DNA of 63,476 bases, the filler included, from Octopus bimaculoides (lineage: Eukaryota), in NCBI RefSeq assembly GCF_001194135.2. It is 5 parts of 4 records of this genome, joined end to end, with 100 filler letters (N's around TTAATTAATTAA, not from the genome) between each part and the next. Parts side by side here need not be neighbours in the genome. Positions count along the whole stretch, not along the records: positions 36,288 to 59,224 come from NC_068986.1; positions 59,325 to 61,253 come from NW_026298537.1; positions 61,354 to 63,476 come from NW_026331912.1; 2 more parts are not named here. One strand, given 5' to 3'. Position 1 is the stretch's first letter, and each line of letters starts with the position of its first letter. Both the position numbers and the translations under genes were made by a program. Below are positions 50,901 through 63,476 of the stretch, piece by piece. The notes beneath the pieces are model-generated. The model was not told the DNA's origin and made no database searches. It saw only the letters and a list, made by a program, of their open reading frames with translations.

Positions 50901-51886
50901 TCTGGTAGTTGTTTGACTCCCTGTTGCCTGGAAATTCAGCAACCAGAACACTGGAAGTGGTCTGCGACGCCAATAAATCTATTATTTACAAAGTCCGACA
51001 GAAATAGCACAGTGAAATTAACTGTGGAGTGTATGGAATATTCAACGCTTCGGAAAGAATCCTTCTTCACTGTAACATCAAATGACGGGAAATGAAAGAG
51101 AGCACAGTTGTATAACCCCTCTCTGAGGAAATGCCTGCGTCTGATGAAGAACACAAGTCAACAGGAGCTTTGTATGTAAGTTGGAACCAGTAGGAGAAAG
51201 AACTTGGGTGAGAGAGATAGTGAAAGAAAGAAAAATGAAAAGCGAAACTGTACGTGGTTGGTGTGGAGGGAAAAATAGCAGTGTGAGAGGAAATAAAGGA
51301 TGCAAATGAGCTTATTGAACTAAGAGGATGTGTTGGAGTAGGATGAGAATGCTCGTGCGACCCCGTCAGGGACATAATTCCGTGTTTAGACTTGAAATGT
51401 TGTCTCTTCCGTTTCCTTTAGCAAGAGGATTTATGGTTCGCGAAGATGTTTCACGCTGATAACTGGGTAACATATGTGGACAACATGTTGCTCAGATGGT
51501 GTTAAAAGGTTGGCCAGATATACGTTGTAATGTGCTTTGGATAAGCTCCGTAAAGCAATCAGAAAGGCAACGTCCTGCCTCCCTAAAATAAATCGTGTTA
51601 AAATGTTTGTAGGTAATGTTATATAAAGGGCAGGAAGATGAGCAATAGATTGCCTGCAAAATTTAATATTTTAATTTAAACCCGGTGATTGTCAGTGGAT
51701 GTACATAAAATTGCCCGGTTGTGCGTGGCTAAGCGTTAGGAAGCTTCCAATAGGGCGGTTGCCGAGGTTCAATCACTTGTGAAAGACAGGTGGTGTAGGA
51801 AAGTTTGGAGTGGTTTTGGAGTCAGAAATTCGGATTTAGAAATTGCAATTGAGATTATGTTTTAATAGAAAAGGAGGCGGATGGAA

Positions 51887-51939
<53 letters not shown>

Positions 51940-53159
51940 AATCATGTCTGTAGGTGTGTGTAAAGTTGGCAGGAGGGTGAGGTGAGCTCGATTATTATAC
52001 ACACACCTATACATGTATGCCGTTACAAACACTCACAGACACAACAATACACACGCACTTTGCATGAACAGAGGCACACACACACACAACTCGCACGTAT
52101 TACTTAAGTATATNNNNNNNNNNNNNNNNNNNNNNNNNNNNNNNNNNNNNNNNNNNNNNNNNNNNNNNNNNNNNNNNNNNNNNNNNNNNNNNNNNNNNNN
52201 NNNNNNNNNNNNNNNNNNNNNNNNNNNNNNNNNNNNNNNNNNNNNNNNNNNNNNNNNNNNNNNNNNNNNNNNNNNNNNNNNNNTATATATATATATATAT
52301 ATATATATTTGTGTATGTATATATAACGTATGTATATATGTATATGACCTTACATCTATACATACTTCAAACCATTACTACATACATGTATTCATAATTT
52401 TTAATTTATCATCTTAGCAGAAACAGCTTCTGGAGTAATTGAAATATAATTTTTTATACACATATTGAATTATACACACCTCAAAACTAAGTGGTTTTTG
52501 GTTATGTATAATGCAAACTTGCTTTAAATCTTTCCATAAATCTTTCACATTAAGAGCTCATTACTGCAGTGACAGCTCTAATTACATACTAACCAGGTTT
52601 TATAGTTTACAAAATATATATGGACAAATAACTACATCATATTTGAGGAAATGTGTGATCTAAGTTTTTTTTTTTTTCTGCATGTATTTACGATGCAACA
52701 AAATATTATGTTGAGTCAAAAGTTTTGTAATATTTTGGTAACTTGTTTTGTTCGTCAAGTTACAACAAAAACAGCCAAACATTCAAAGTAGAGGCTATCA
52801 ACTTGCATCGTCTGCAGTGGCCGTTCTGCCAGTTATTTGATCATGACGAAGAACTATTTTACTGGATGTTCAGGTTCATCTCTCTTGATGTGCGATTCCA
52901 TTCATGCACAGCAGAAACGAATATTAAGCATGTAATTAATGAATGCAAGTGCATGATATCTGTGCAAGATGTCAACATACTGCTAAAGTTGAGGAACTAT
53001 TTGGAAGCATATTTCAATACCACATAAACAAGAAACAGGCAGTAAACCCACGTTTCACCCGAATCATCCACTACAACACAGTTCGTATTGAGTACAATTT
53101 CTAATCTTGCGGAATTAATATTTAAGAAATTATGTGTGTATCTGTTTGAGTATATGCCC

Positions 53160-53547
53160 GGGGGCGTGGAGGCGCAATGGTCCAGTGGTTAGGGCAATGG
53201 ACTCGAGGTCATAGGATCGCGGTTTCGATTCCCAGACAGGACATTGTGTTTATTGAGCGAAAAAAACCTAAAGCCCAACGAAGCTCCGGCAAGGGGTGGT
53301 GGTGAACCCTGCTGTACTCTTTCACCACAACTTTCTCTCACTCTTTCTTCCTGTTTCTCTTGTACCTGTATTTCAAAGGGGCCAGCCTTGTCACACTCTG
53401 TGTCACGCTGAATCTCCCCGAGAACTACGTTAAGGGTACACGTATCTGTGGAGTGCTCAGCCGCTTACACGTTAATTTCACGAGCAGGCTGTTCCGTTGA
53501 TCAGATCAACTTGAACCCTCGTCGTCGTAACCGACGGAGTGCCACAA
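53160..53547 (+). mobile_element. tRNA-derived SINE (family C), near full length
   Basis: A-box tggtccagtgg, B-box ggtttcgattccc, and a long non-tRNA body. No complete cloverleaf. Confidence 0.75.
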
Positions 53548-54337
53548 TATGCATGGGGACTGTGAGTAAACATCCATGTATGGATCCCTTTGGGTTATGC
53601 AGCCTCTGTCCATGTATTTCCTTCAGTGTCGATATGTTTCTTAATGATAAAATTGTCTGTAACCCAAGTTCTCACTTTATACGTCTATTTCTCAATGCCA
53701 ATGTCTCTATCCCATAATCTGCGTTTATGTAGATACACACCCACACACACACACACACACACAAATATACACACCCACACGCACGTATGTACATATATAT
53801 ATATTTATTTATATATATGTATATATATATGTGCATCTTTATTTTTATTTATAAATATATAATGTTATAATGTGCATAAATGTTTATATAACAATATATA
53901 TGTGTGTGTGTATGCGTATACACACACACACATAAACACACTCTAACACATATACAAACATAATACACGGCTGTTTGAACGTGTTTGTATCACGTTGTCT
54001 CCACATTTACGGGCACATACGCACGCATACCCACACAGAAACAGGCACAAATATACACACATACACATATATACACATAAACATATAAATAGGTAAATAT
54101 CTGTTTACACATAGGCCCAATATATGTACACCTTTATCTTTCGCATATATGTATAATATATAAGCAAGATCTAATTTTCTCTCAGTAATTTCCTGTTTCA
54201 AAGTTACCATCCATTAACACATAAATGTATTATATTATATATATGGAAATACTCATGTATACCATCATACATATGCATGACTATCATTCAGCTGTAATAA
54301 CCGAAATACACATATAGACGGCTGTACGCCTTCCTCG

Positions 54338-54373
<36 letters not shown>

Positions 54374-54710
54374 NNNNNNNNNNNNNNNNNNNNNNNNNNN
54401 NNNNNNNNNNNNNNNNNNNNNNNNNNNNNNNNNNNNNNNNNNNNNNNNNNNNNNNNNNNNNNNNNNNNNNNNNNATATATAGATAGATATAGATATAGAT
54501 ATATGTATATATGTTTATCTATGTATATGTATGTATGTATGTGTGTATGTATGTGTATATACAAATGTATACATAAATATGAGTGTGCCTGCGCTTGTGT
54601 GTATATTGATAAACTCTAACGATGTAATTGATGTCTAATGTTGCCCCTCAGCAAGTACGATTGTCCTTCTTTGTGACTGTTTGGCTTCATGTGTATGTGT
54701 GTGTATGCAT

Positions 54711-54747
<37 letters not shown>

Positions 54748-54955
54748 TATGTGTGTGTGTGCGCGTGTGCCTGAGTGTCTTGTATATATGAGTGTGTATA
54801 TATATATAGAGAGAGAGAGACATTCATATAACGCCCAGACAGATATTCACAGATACATATGACAGTACAGGCAGATATACGCATAACAGTTTGTACACAC
54901 GAAATATACATGCTCGCTCTCTGTCTGTATCTTCTTCTTCTTCTCTCTCTCTCTT

Positions 54956-54991
<36 letters not shown>

Positions 54992-55156
54992 TCACACATC
55001 ACTGTCAAAGACAAGTCAACCAGGTGCGTAAGTCTGAGTTGACTTTCAACTTTTGATGCCAACATACATATATATAAATATATATATATAACCATACACT
55101 CATTTACGCACTCGTAGTTTTTCTTATATTTATATATATTACATTATATTACATTA

Positions 55157-55190
<34 letters not shown>

Positions 55191-55357
55191 CCAACCATTA
55201 TGTCATATATATATAGTATACAGTATCTGTGTTATTCCGCATATACATCCACGCGTACTCTCATTTTGCCGAAGCGACAGACACACAGACACACAGCCAA
55301 AGCTGTCGTTTAGATTGATAGAGTCTTGCCAGCAGCCAAAATAAACGAAAGGCAACC

Positions 55358-55392
<35 letters not shown>

Positions 55393-55704
55393 CTAAGAAA
55401 CTCTGTTTCTCGTTTAACACACACACACACACTTACTCACACACTCACTCACACACGGACTCTCTCTCTCACACACACACTCACATACACACTCACACAC
55501 ACACAAGCACACAAACGCAATAACAATCAAAGGAATACGAAAGAGAGGCAAACACACACAAAGTCAGCAACAACAGCAGCAGCAGCAGCGGCAGCGGCGA
55601 CGACAATAGTACAGCTGCAGCAGCAGTAGTCGCAGCAGCAGTAGTCGCAGCAGCAGAGTTATCAACAAAAACATGTCGAACACCAACGCATGCTATTAGG
55701 CCTG

Positions 55705-55945
55705 TGACGTGAGATCGCTATGAAATGGGTTAAGAATTGAAAAGACTGAAAAAACTATTCACTCGCCTTCATTCGATCATCTTTCCTCTCTTTCCTCCAC
55801 TCTCTCGCTCTGTCTCTCTCTCAGTCTTTGCCTCCTCCAACATTAGAGAGCTCGGCTATCTGTCGCCCACATTGATAACCAGTGACGTCAGCTGCTTCAT
55901 CAGTGAAAATCATTCAGGCGTCACCGTTGCGTTGTATTGACGTAA
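55705..55945. promoter_or_regulatory. Cluster of CRE/ATF-type bZIP sites
   Basis: TGACGTGA 55705-55712, perfect TGACGTCA 55883-55890, CGTCA 55919-55923 and TGACGTAA 55938-55945, in apparently unique sequence. Confidence 0.35.
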
Positions 55946-56523
55946 TACCAGTTCATGTCGGAGAGATTTGATTATTTGTTTGGACCAGTGAATTCACTGC
56001 AAAGCCCACCCACCTCCATCCATGATATACCGTGTTCGTTCCTGTTGTGATTTATTTTATATACAACAAATAGCAATCGTTATGTCGCTCTCTATGAAGT
56101 CATCTGACAAGTGCTGTTATCTGGAATCTATCTAACTATTCTGTTCTATTCTTCTATTTACCTATATCCTTCAAACGAGCCTTACTTTCCCTCTAGTCCC
56201 ACGTATACCCGCTCTGTTGTACCTCACTGCACACACACAAATGCACAATATATACGCGCAAGTATGAGTGCAGTGTATGTGTGAATGCAAGAGTGCATAT
56301 GCATTTATTATTATTGGAGGCAAGTGTATGTCATAAGAACAATGAATTTTTCCGACAGGAAAACAGTATTGGTGGCCATTTCTGTGAGGAAAAGAAGTTT
56401 TCTTTGAGGCTATATGATTCCAGAATGGATTGCATATTGAAGTACATTCGCTAAACCGTTCACTCACTCAAAAGCTTTCTGTTGCCCAAATCTTGTGAAA
56501 TACATCCATCCATTTATCCATCC

Positions 56524-56581
<58 letters not shown>

Positions 56582-58077
56582 TTATCTATCTATCTANNNN
56601 NNNNNNNNNNNNNNNNNNNNNNNNNNNNNNNNNNNNNNNNNNNNNNNNNNNNNNNNNNNNNNNNNNNNNNNNNNNNNNNNNNNNNNNNNNNNNNNNNNNN
56701 NNNNNNNNNNNNNNNNNNNNNNNNNNNNNNNNNNNNNNNNNNNNNNNNNNNNNNNNNNNNNNNNNNNNNNNNNNNNNNNNNNNNNNNNNNNNNNNNNNNN
56801 NNNNNNNNNNNNNNNNNNNNNNNNNNNNNNNNNNNNNNNNNNNNNNNNNNNNNNNNNNNNNNNNNNNNNNNNNNNNNNNNNNNNNNNNNNNNNNNNNNNN
56901 NNNNNNNNNNNNNNNNNNNNNNNNNNNNNNNNNNNNNNNNNNNNNNNNNNNNNNNNNNNNNNNNNNNNNNNNNNNNNNNNNNNNNNNNNNNNNNNNNNNN
57001 NNNNNNNNNNNNNNNNNNNNNNNNNNNNNNNNNNNNNNNNNNNNNNNNNNNNNNNNNNNNNNNNNNNNNNNNNNNNNNNNNNNNNNNNNNNNNNNNNNNN
57101 NNNNNNNNNNNNNNNNNNNNNNNNNNNNNNNNNNNNNNNNNNNNNNNNNNNNNNNNNNNNNNNNNNNNNNNNNNNNNNNNNNNNNNNNNNNNNNNNNNNN
57201 NNNNNNNNNNNNNNNNNNNNNNNNNNNNNNNTATATATATATATATATATGCAAAGCATGACAGTGAGAAAGAGAGAGAGAGAGTATGTGTGAGAGAAAG
57301 AGAGTGGAAAGATAGATTTGGTCATGTAAGGAGGTAAGGTCAGTAAGACAAGCCGACGAATCTTGCATGAAACCGAATGAAACCGTCCTTAAATATTTAT
57401 ATACTCCAGTTCTGTTGCTTTTTAAAGCGTGCTACTACCTCTATATGTGTCTTATACTGTAGCGTTAAGTTATAGGGACGTCAAATGACGAACACTCTTT
57501 CTTGATCAGGGGTGGGGTAAAACACAGACGCAAAGACACACATCATTTTCCTTTAGCGTTGTTTCTACACATGTTTTGTCTCAATGTCGCCTCATTGACG
57601 TAAGGATGGTGTGTGAATATTTTATATATATCAACTGCATGTGCCGTTTTCCTCTATGCCTTCTTTTATTCTGTCGATCTTTACCGTTTGTATGTTTTTG
57701 TCTCAATCTTTGATATTCGTTCATTGATCTCCTGCACCTTGTTGTTATTGACGCCACAACAACAAACAAACATATTTTTAAAGACGTGAAATTGCTACGG
57801 TTTTTGGAAGATAAATAACGGGGGGAAAAGCGTCTACGATTCATATGCAACTTTTTCCGTGTGTCACATTGTCGACCTTGTATCTAATTATATATACATA
57901 CATATGCTTACATATCACGTCAGGCTGGAGATGGGAACAATGACTTCCTTTGCAAATACTGATAGGGCACAGATAGTGTGTCAATAGCCAGCTGGATGAG
58001 ATGTCTTCCTAGGGCTACAGGCTACAGTAGAATCGACTCTTAAGGGTTAACCACATTTAGATGGCAAATATCCTTCA

Positions 58078-58136
<59 letters not shown>

Positions 58137-58441
58137 TGTGTGTGTGTGTAAGAATGTGTGTGCGCGTGTGTGGTTGTGGGGGGTGGTGTTCGATGTCTGT
58201 ATATCTCCGTTTGTATATGAATGCCTGTACGCATATACACATACTCTCAAAAACAGACGCACACTGACACACCTATATGTACACACGCACTTTATGGAAC
58301 TGTTCGCAATTGATGACAGTCTCATGAATATAATGTATAGTGGATATCAATTTTTGCAGGTAACATATAGATTATACCTATCAATGTGATACGTAAATAA
58401 AAACAAACAGACGTACTTTCATTTATACAAACAGTCACATC

Positions 58442-58520
<79 letters not shown>

Positions 58521-58640
58521 GAGAGAGAGAGAGAGACAGACAGACAGAGAGCGCGAGAGGGAGAAACGAGACGGGTAGGGGGAGAGAGATATTCAGAAGA
58601 CCAGCATAAATATATATAAATTAATATAGTACATACATAC

Positions 58641-58676
<36 letters not shown>

Positions 58677-58718
58677 TTTTCCGCGTGCGTGTGTGTGTGT
58701 ATGTATATATATTTATGT

Positions 58719-58766
<48 letters not shown>

Positions 58767-58803
58767 GTGTGTGTGTGTATGTATATATGTGTATATATGT
58801 TTA

Positions 58804-58835
<32 letters not shown>

Positions 58836-60249
58836 ACTTTAGATATGTGTGTATACACACAAGCACACACACGAACACATAGATATGCGTATACATTTGA
58901 TAGGAATAAATGGAAGGGAAAAAAGAGTTATGTGAGAGAGTGGGAGTGTGAGGTGTGAGCGTCATAAAAGAAATAGTAATCGTTAATGTGTGGGTGAGAA
59001 TAATGCGTGAGATTCTATCGGATTCTAAATTTGTTAGTATTTCCCACCCACACACAACAAATCTGCTTTCTTTTTTTCTGTCTTTTTCTTTTCCATCTTT
59101 TTCTATTTTATAAATTGATAAAAGAAGATAAATAGGGTGTGTTCAATGTAAATATCACGAAATAACTTATATACACGCGTATAGCCACCCACATATGCAC
59201 ACACACACACACACACACACACACNNNNNNNNNNNNNNNNNNNNNNNNNNNNNNNNNNNNNNNNNNNNTTAATTAATTAANNNNNNNNNNNNNNNNNNNN
59301 NNNNNNNNNNNNNNNNNNNNNNNNGTGCTCCAGCATGGCCGCAGTCAAAGGACTGAAACAAATGAAAGAGTAAATACCAATAGTTTTTGAAGCTTTTATT
59401 CATTTAGTTTCTCATTCCTATTTTAGTTTCTTCGTTTCATATTAGTCTTTACACCTTCGAGCCTTAGGGCTTTCTCTCCCTTAATCTCTAACGTTTTATT
59501 CGTGAATTTAATTTCAAAGTGTCGTTTCGAGCAATATTTGTGCCTTAATTACTAATCTTCTACCGGATTTCATTTACGTCCGACTACCCCTAGTAGCAGT
59601 TTCTGTTTCACTTTTTACGGCTTTCTAATTTACATAATTCGAATTCTCGCCCCGGCACCCTTCCTTGTATTCCTTCATCAATCACTTGTGTCCCTTCAAA
59701 TTAATTACGGTTATTGTGTCTCCCTAAGTCATTATCTCATACACATTTTTGTACAGCATACCTCACAGCAATTTCTTGTTACACCCATGTCTACGGGTCT
59801 TTTATATTTACTCATAGATTACACCATAAATTGCTTTTTTTCCTTTTCTTTTCATCTCACTCTTGCTTTAACTCTCTATTCACTCATTGAAGAACTCAAT
59901 AAGCACAAAATCTATATACTCATCTGAAATGATATCGGACTTAAATGTGAGAAAAATCACACACAAGATTTGTTGGTCTCTGATTAGAATTGCTTATCCT
60001 CCATAGGTGACGTGTGTGACTGTCACCTATGATCACTCGAAGCCCTTAAGACAATTGAACAATTGAGATACTCTACTATACAACCTAACACATCGTTAAC
60101 TTCCCGTGGTATTGCTGTGTAGTTTTCTTTATGATACCTTAAATTTTGTAACAATATTAGGATGTACTCATTCCTTATCACCTGACCAATCAGTTTAAAT
60201 CTTGAATTTTCACCGGACACTTCAAAATTAATTACACTTGCCCCACCTA

Positions 60250-61135
60250 TCAATCCTGGCTTCCCTTCGGATTTGATTTAATTGTATAATGTATAGGACA
60301 GGAGCGGCGGTGAATATCATCTTCATCATACCATTAACTCAAATCCGAAGTGCCACTCTTTTGGGGATAAAACAGATTTGTACTGACGTAACGGATTATT
60401 GGAAACATGCAAATCCTTTTGCCCGCCGTTATGTCAAACGCAGTTATAGTGAATCACGCTTAAAGAAAATCGGAAATGACATAGCTAAAATTAGTAAGGA
60501 AATTCAAAGTTTCACGCCTAATTTCAGCAGAGAAAGTAAAATTTGTGATCGAATTTTTCTGGTGATTTACTGGCACCGAAATTTTGCTGGCATTTCAAAG
60601 GTGTTCCATGAAAGTTACCAGCATATTTCAAAAGACCATTCTCGTATCAAATAAATATTTCCACATCCGTCTATTCTGGCCTTTAAACACAATAAACGTG
60701 TAAGAGAAATATTAACTACCTCTAACACCAAGAAAACTACCACTGGAGCTTCTAAACGCTATACCCTGAAAAACAGCCGCAAGAGAGGTGAGCCCTGTTC
60801 ATTGTGCAATAACATGGGTCAAATCAACTCCTTCACAAATTGTAACAGAACTGTTATGAATTATACAGAAGGTGAGACATGTAAAGATTCCCATTTGGTC
60901 TACGCAGCAGAATACATCAAACACAACTTGATTTATGTTGGTTGCACAACAGAACAATTAAATAAAAGATCCAATGGGCAAAGATATGACGTCAGACACC
61001 ATAGCAGCAGTTCGACCGAACATGTCGAATACTTTACTTCAAATGGTTTTAAGTTTGAGGATCCTCTGAAGGCCTACAATCTCAGAAAATATTCTAATTC
61101 CATTTCATTTTCATTTCTCAAAACGCATGGAGATA
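60250..61135 (+). mobile_element. Degenerate Penelope-like element (thumb + linker + GIY-YIG)
   Basis: IKQICTDVTDYWKH...F.RR.Y; IFPHPSILAFKHNKRVREIL; PCSLCNNM; HLVYAAEYIKHNLIYVGCTTEQLNKR.NG.RYD. Confidence 0.75.
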
Positions 61136-61141
61136 TATATA

Positions 61142-61253
61142 TTGGGTTGGTGCATAATTATTGCGGCTTTTTTTCAACAAATTTTATTCAACAAAAACAA
61201 TAACAACATGTAAAAAAGACATCTTTAAATGATTATTCCGGAGCATATTCACC
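61142..61253 (-). mobile_element. Mariner 3' end with Hsmar1-like TIR
   Basis: TA-ttgggttggtgcataattattgcggc resembles the Hsmar1 ITR (ttaggttggtgcaaaagtaattgcggtt). The minus strand shows the transposase end GEYAPE-stop. Cut by a gap. Confidence 0.75.
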
Positions 61254-61465
61254 NNNNNNNNNNNNNNNNNNNNNNNNNNNNNNNNNNNNNNNNNNNNTTA
61301 ATTAATTAANNNNNNNNNNNNNNNNNNNNNNNNNNNNNNNNNNNNNNNNNNNNTACATGCTTTAATACTTGGATGTTAACCTCTCGTGGAAGGCACTCAC
61401 ATCCAAGCACCAGTCTCAAAATCCTAGCTGTCCTCAAAAGGGTAGTCTTTGGGCCTGCTATGCCG

Positions 61466-61562
61466 TAAGGCGGTGAGCTGGCATAATCAGTAGCACGTCA
61501 AGCAAAACCCTTAGCGTCATTTCGCTCGTCTTTACTTTCTGAGTTCAGATTCCACCAAGGTC
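61466..61562 (+). mobile_element. tRNA-derived SINE family B head
   Basis: Similar to 14803-14900. Confidence 0.7.
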
Positions 61563-63476
61563 NNNNNNNNNNNNNNNNNNNNNNNNNNNNNNNNNNNNNN
61601 NNNNNNNNNNNNNNNNNNNNNNNNNNNNNNNNNNNNNNNNNNNNNNNNNNNNNNNNNNNNNNNNNNNNNNNNNNNNNNNNNNNNNNNNNNNNNNNNNNNN
61701 NNNNNNNNNNNNNNNNNNNNNNNNNNNNNNNNNNNNNNNNNNNNNNNNNNNNNNNNNNNNNNNNNNNNNNNNNNNNNNNNNNNNNNNNNNNNNNNNNNNN
61801 NNNNNNNNNNNNNNNNNNNNNNNNNNNNNNNNNNNNNNNNNNNNNNNNNNNNNNNNNNNNNNNNNNNNNNNNNNNNNNNNNNNNNNNNNNNNNNNNNNNN
61901 NNNNNNNNNNNNNNNNNNNNNNNNNNNNNNNNNNNNNNNNNNNNNNNNNNNNNNNNNNNNNNNNNNNNNNNNNNNNNNNNNNNNNNNNNNNNNNNNNNNN
62001 NNNNNNNNNNNNNNNNNNNNNNNNNNNNNNNNNNNNNNNNNNNNNNNNNNNNNNNNNNNNNNNNNNNNNNNNNNNNNNNNNNNNNNNNNNNNNNNNNNNN
62101 NNNNNNNNNNNNNNNNNNNNNNNNNNNNNNNNNNNNNNNNNNNNNNNNNNNNNNNNNNNNNNNNNNNNNNNNNNNNNNNNNNNNNNNNNNNNNNNNNNNN
62201 NNNNNNNNNNNNNNNNNNNNNNNNNNNNNNNNNNNNNNNNNNNNNNNNNNNNNNNNNNNNNNNNNNNNNNNNNNNNNNNNNNNNNNNNNNNNNNNNNNNN
62301 NNNNNNNNNNNNNNNNNNNNNNNNNNNNNNNNNNNNCATAAAATGATAGCAATTTATAACAATGGTAAAAAGTTACAAATTCATAAAAAGAGAGTTATAG
62401 ATTTACGCATCATTTCCAGTGTATGACCAGAACTTGACCCCAAAAAGAGAAAAATATTCTTTCAGGGGTAAGTTGATGTGAAATAGGAGAAACTGCGTTA
62501 TAATCTCTTGTGATACTGTTTCCACAATCTGAAATAATAAATATTTTTGACATAGAGACAGTCACAGATTTGGGAATTTAAATTGATTCAAGTGATTGAA
62601 AGGACATATTGTTTCGAACATATGGAGGCTGAAAATCAGGGTCTGTTTTAGCCGGATCCGGAATAAAAAATAAAAGGATGTAGCTAAGATTTTTTACATT
62701 ATTTATTGAGTTTCGCGTGGCTTTATTCATTAAAACTGTCAATTTTTCTTTGGTATATGACACATATGTATACTAAAGCACATTAAGAATATAAATTTCA
62801 AAACGGGGATTAAAATATGGATTAAGCGGAACAAAGTAGAAGAAGAGCCAAAAATAAAGAAAAACAAAAACAAAAAAGAAAGAAAGAAAGAAAAATTCAA
62901 TTGAATATCAGGAGCTCCAATTGGTCATACACCACAAGGTTCAACGGACCAGCACATTGGCGGCATTACCCGGGCGATGGCATGGCATAGACATTGGGAG
63001 AGCCAAGCACGCTCACAGGCATCACATGACACCTCGATGATGACAAGCCGCCAATGCTGACAATAACTTTATCGTTACGGCCCATCCTCCAAAGGTCCCA
63101 AACGCCAGAGGCTGGAAAAATAGTTCACTAACATGTCCTGATATTTAAGGATTGTGTTCCGTTTCACTATGGAAGCAGTGACTCTCCTATATACCGCAGC
63201 ATCCAGGATGTGGGAGGGAACAAAAGAGTCATCGACTATGGCGTCTTAGATGAGGCACTTACCTCTTACCAAGAGACAAATGGTAAGACCATTTGCTCTC
63301 TCCCCATCACTTCTGGATAAACCCACTGGCTCCAGAGATGAGGGGATATTAACCCGGGCCAGGGCCCACTTAATGATTAAATTTCGCTCGGTGTGACGAG
63401 TGAAACGATCAGCATTTAGGCGTCAAGAGAGACCGTGAAGACCTGTCGGGTAGAGGGACCCACTGCTGCGATATCT

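Noticed and set aside
50900-51380. Possible LINE endonuclease remnant (minus strand), and a possible Tx1 ORF1 remnant at 16300-16700
   Set aside because: Only faint motif similarity, too degraded to list as features.
52743-53027. 94-aa ORF
   Set aside because: No recognisable domain, splice context or neighbouring exon.
53160-53240. tRNA gene
   Set aside because: A and B boxes are present, but there is no full cloverleaf and it runs into a SINE body.
57470-57540. GACGTCA as a second CRE cluster
   Set aside because: It lies in a decayed SINE (the gttatagggacgt...acacagac pattern).
19477-62352. Long ORFs in the track made of X, or of VC/YI/HT repeats
   Set aside because: They are artefacts of N gaps and (CA)n or (TA)n microsatellites.

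Overview
Eukaryotic, AT-rich, microsatellite-dense draft scaffold with many N gaps. The SINE families and repeat landscape look like an octopus genome (inference). I can support only one host protein-coding gene: a spliced + strand CD225/dispanin-family (PRRT1/IFITM-like) membrane protein. Its exons are 6207-6601, 12416-12526 and 15081-15233, it has an N-terminal (PGYPPQ)x11 array, and its start-codon exon was not securely found. Most of the rest is decayed mobile DNA: the 5' end of a Gypsy LTR element, at least five Penelope-like (GIY-YIG) fragments with hammerhead-ribozyme motifs, Tx1, Dong/R4, RTE and CR1 LINE fragments, mariner, maT and pogo DNA transposon relics, a foldback-type element and many tRNA-derived SINEs. 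Other notable signals are a CpG-depleted block at about 28-33.8 kb, a CRE-like site cluster at about 55.7-55.95 kb, and artificial 100-bp scaffold linkers. There is no prokaryotic, CRISPR, rRNA or true tRNA content. TE boundaries are approximate unless a terminal repeat is cited.
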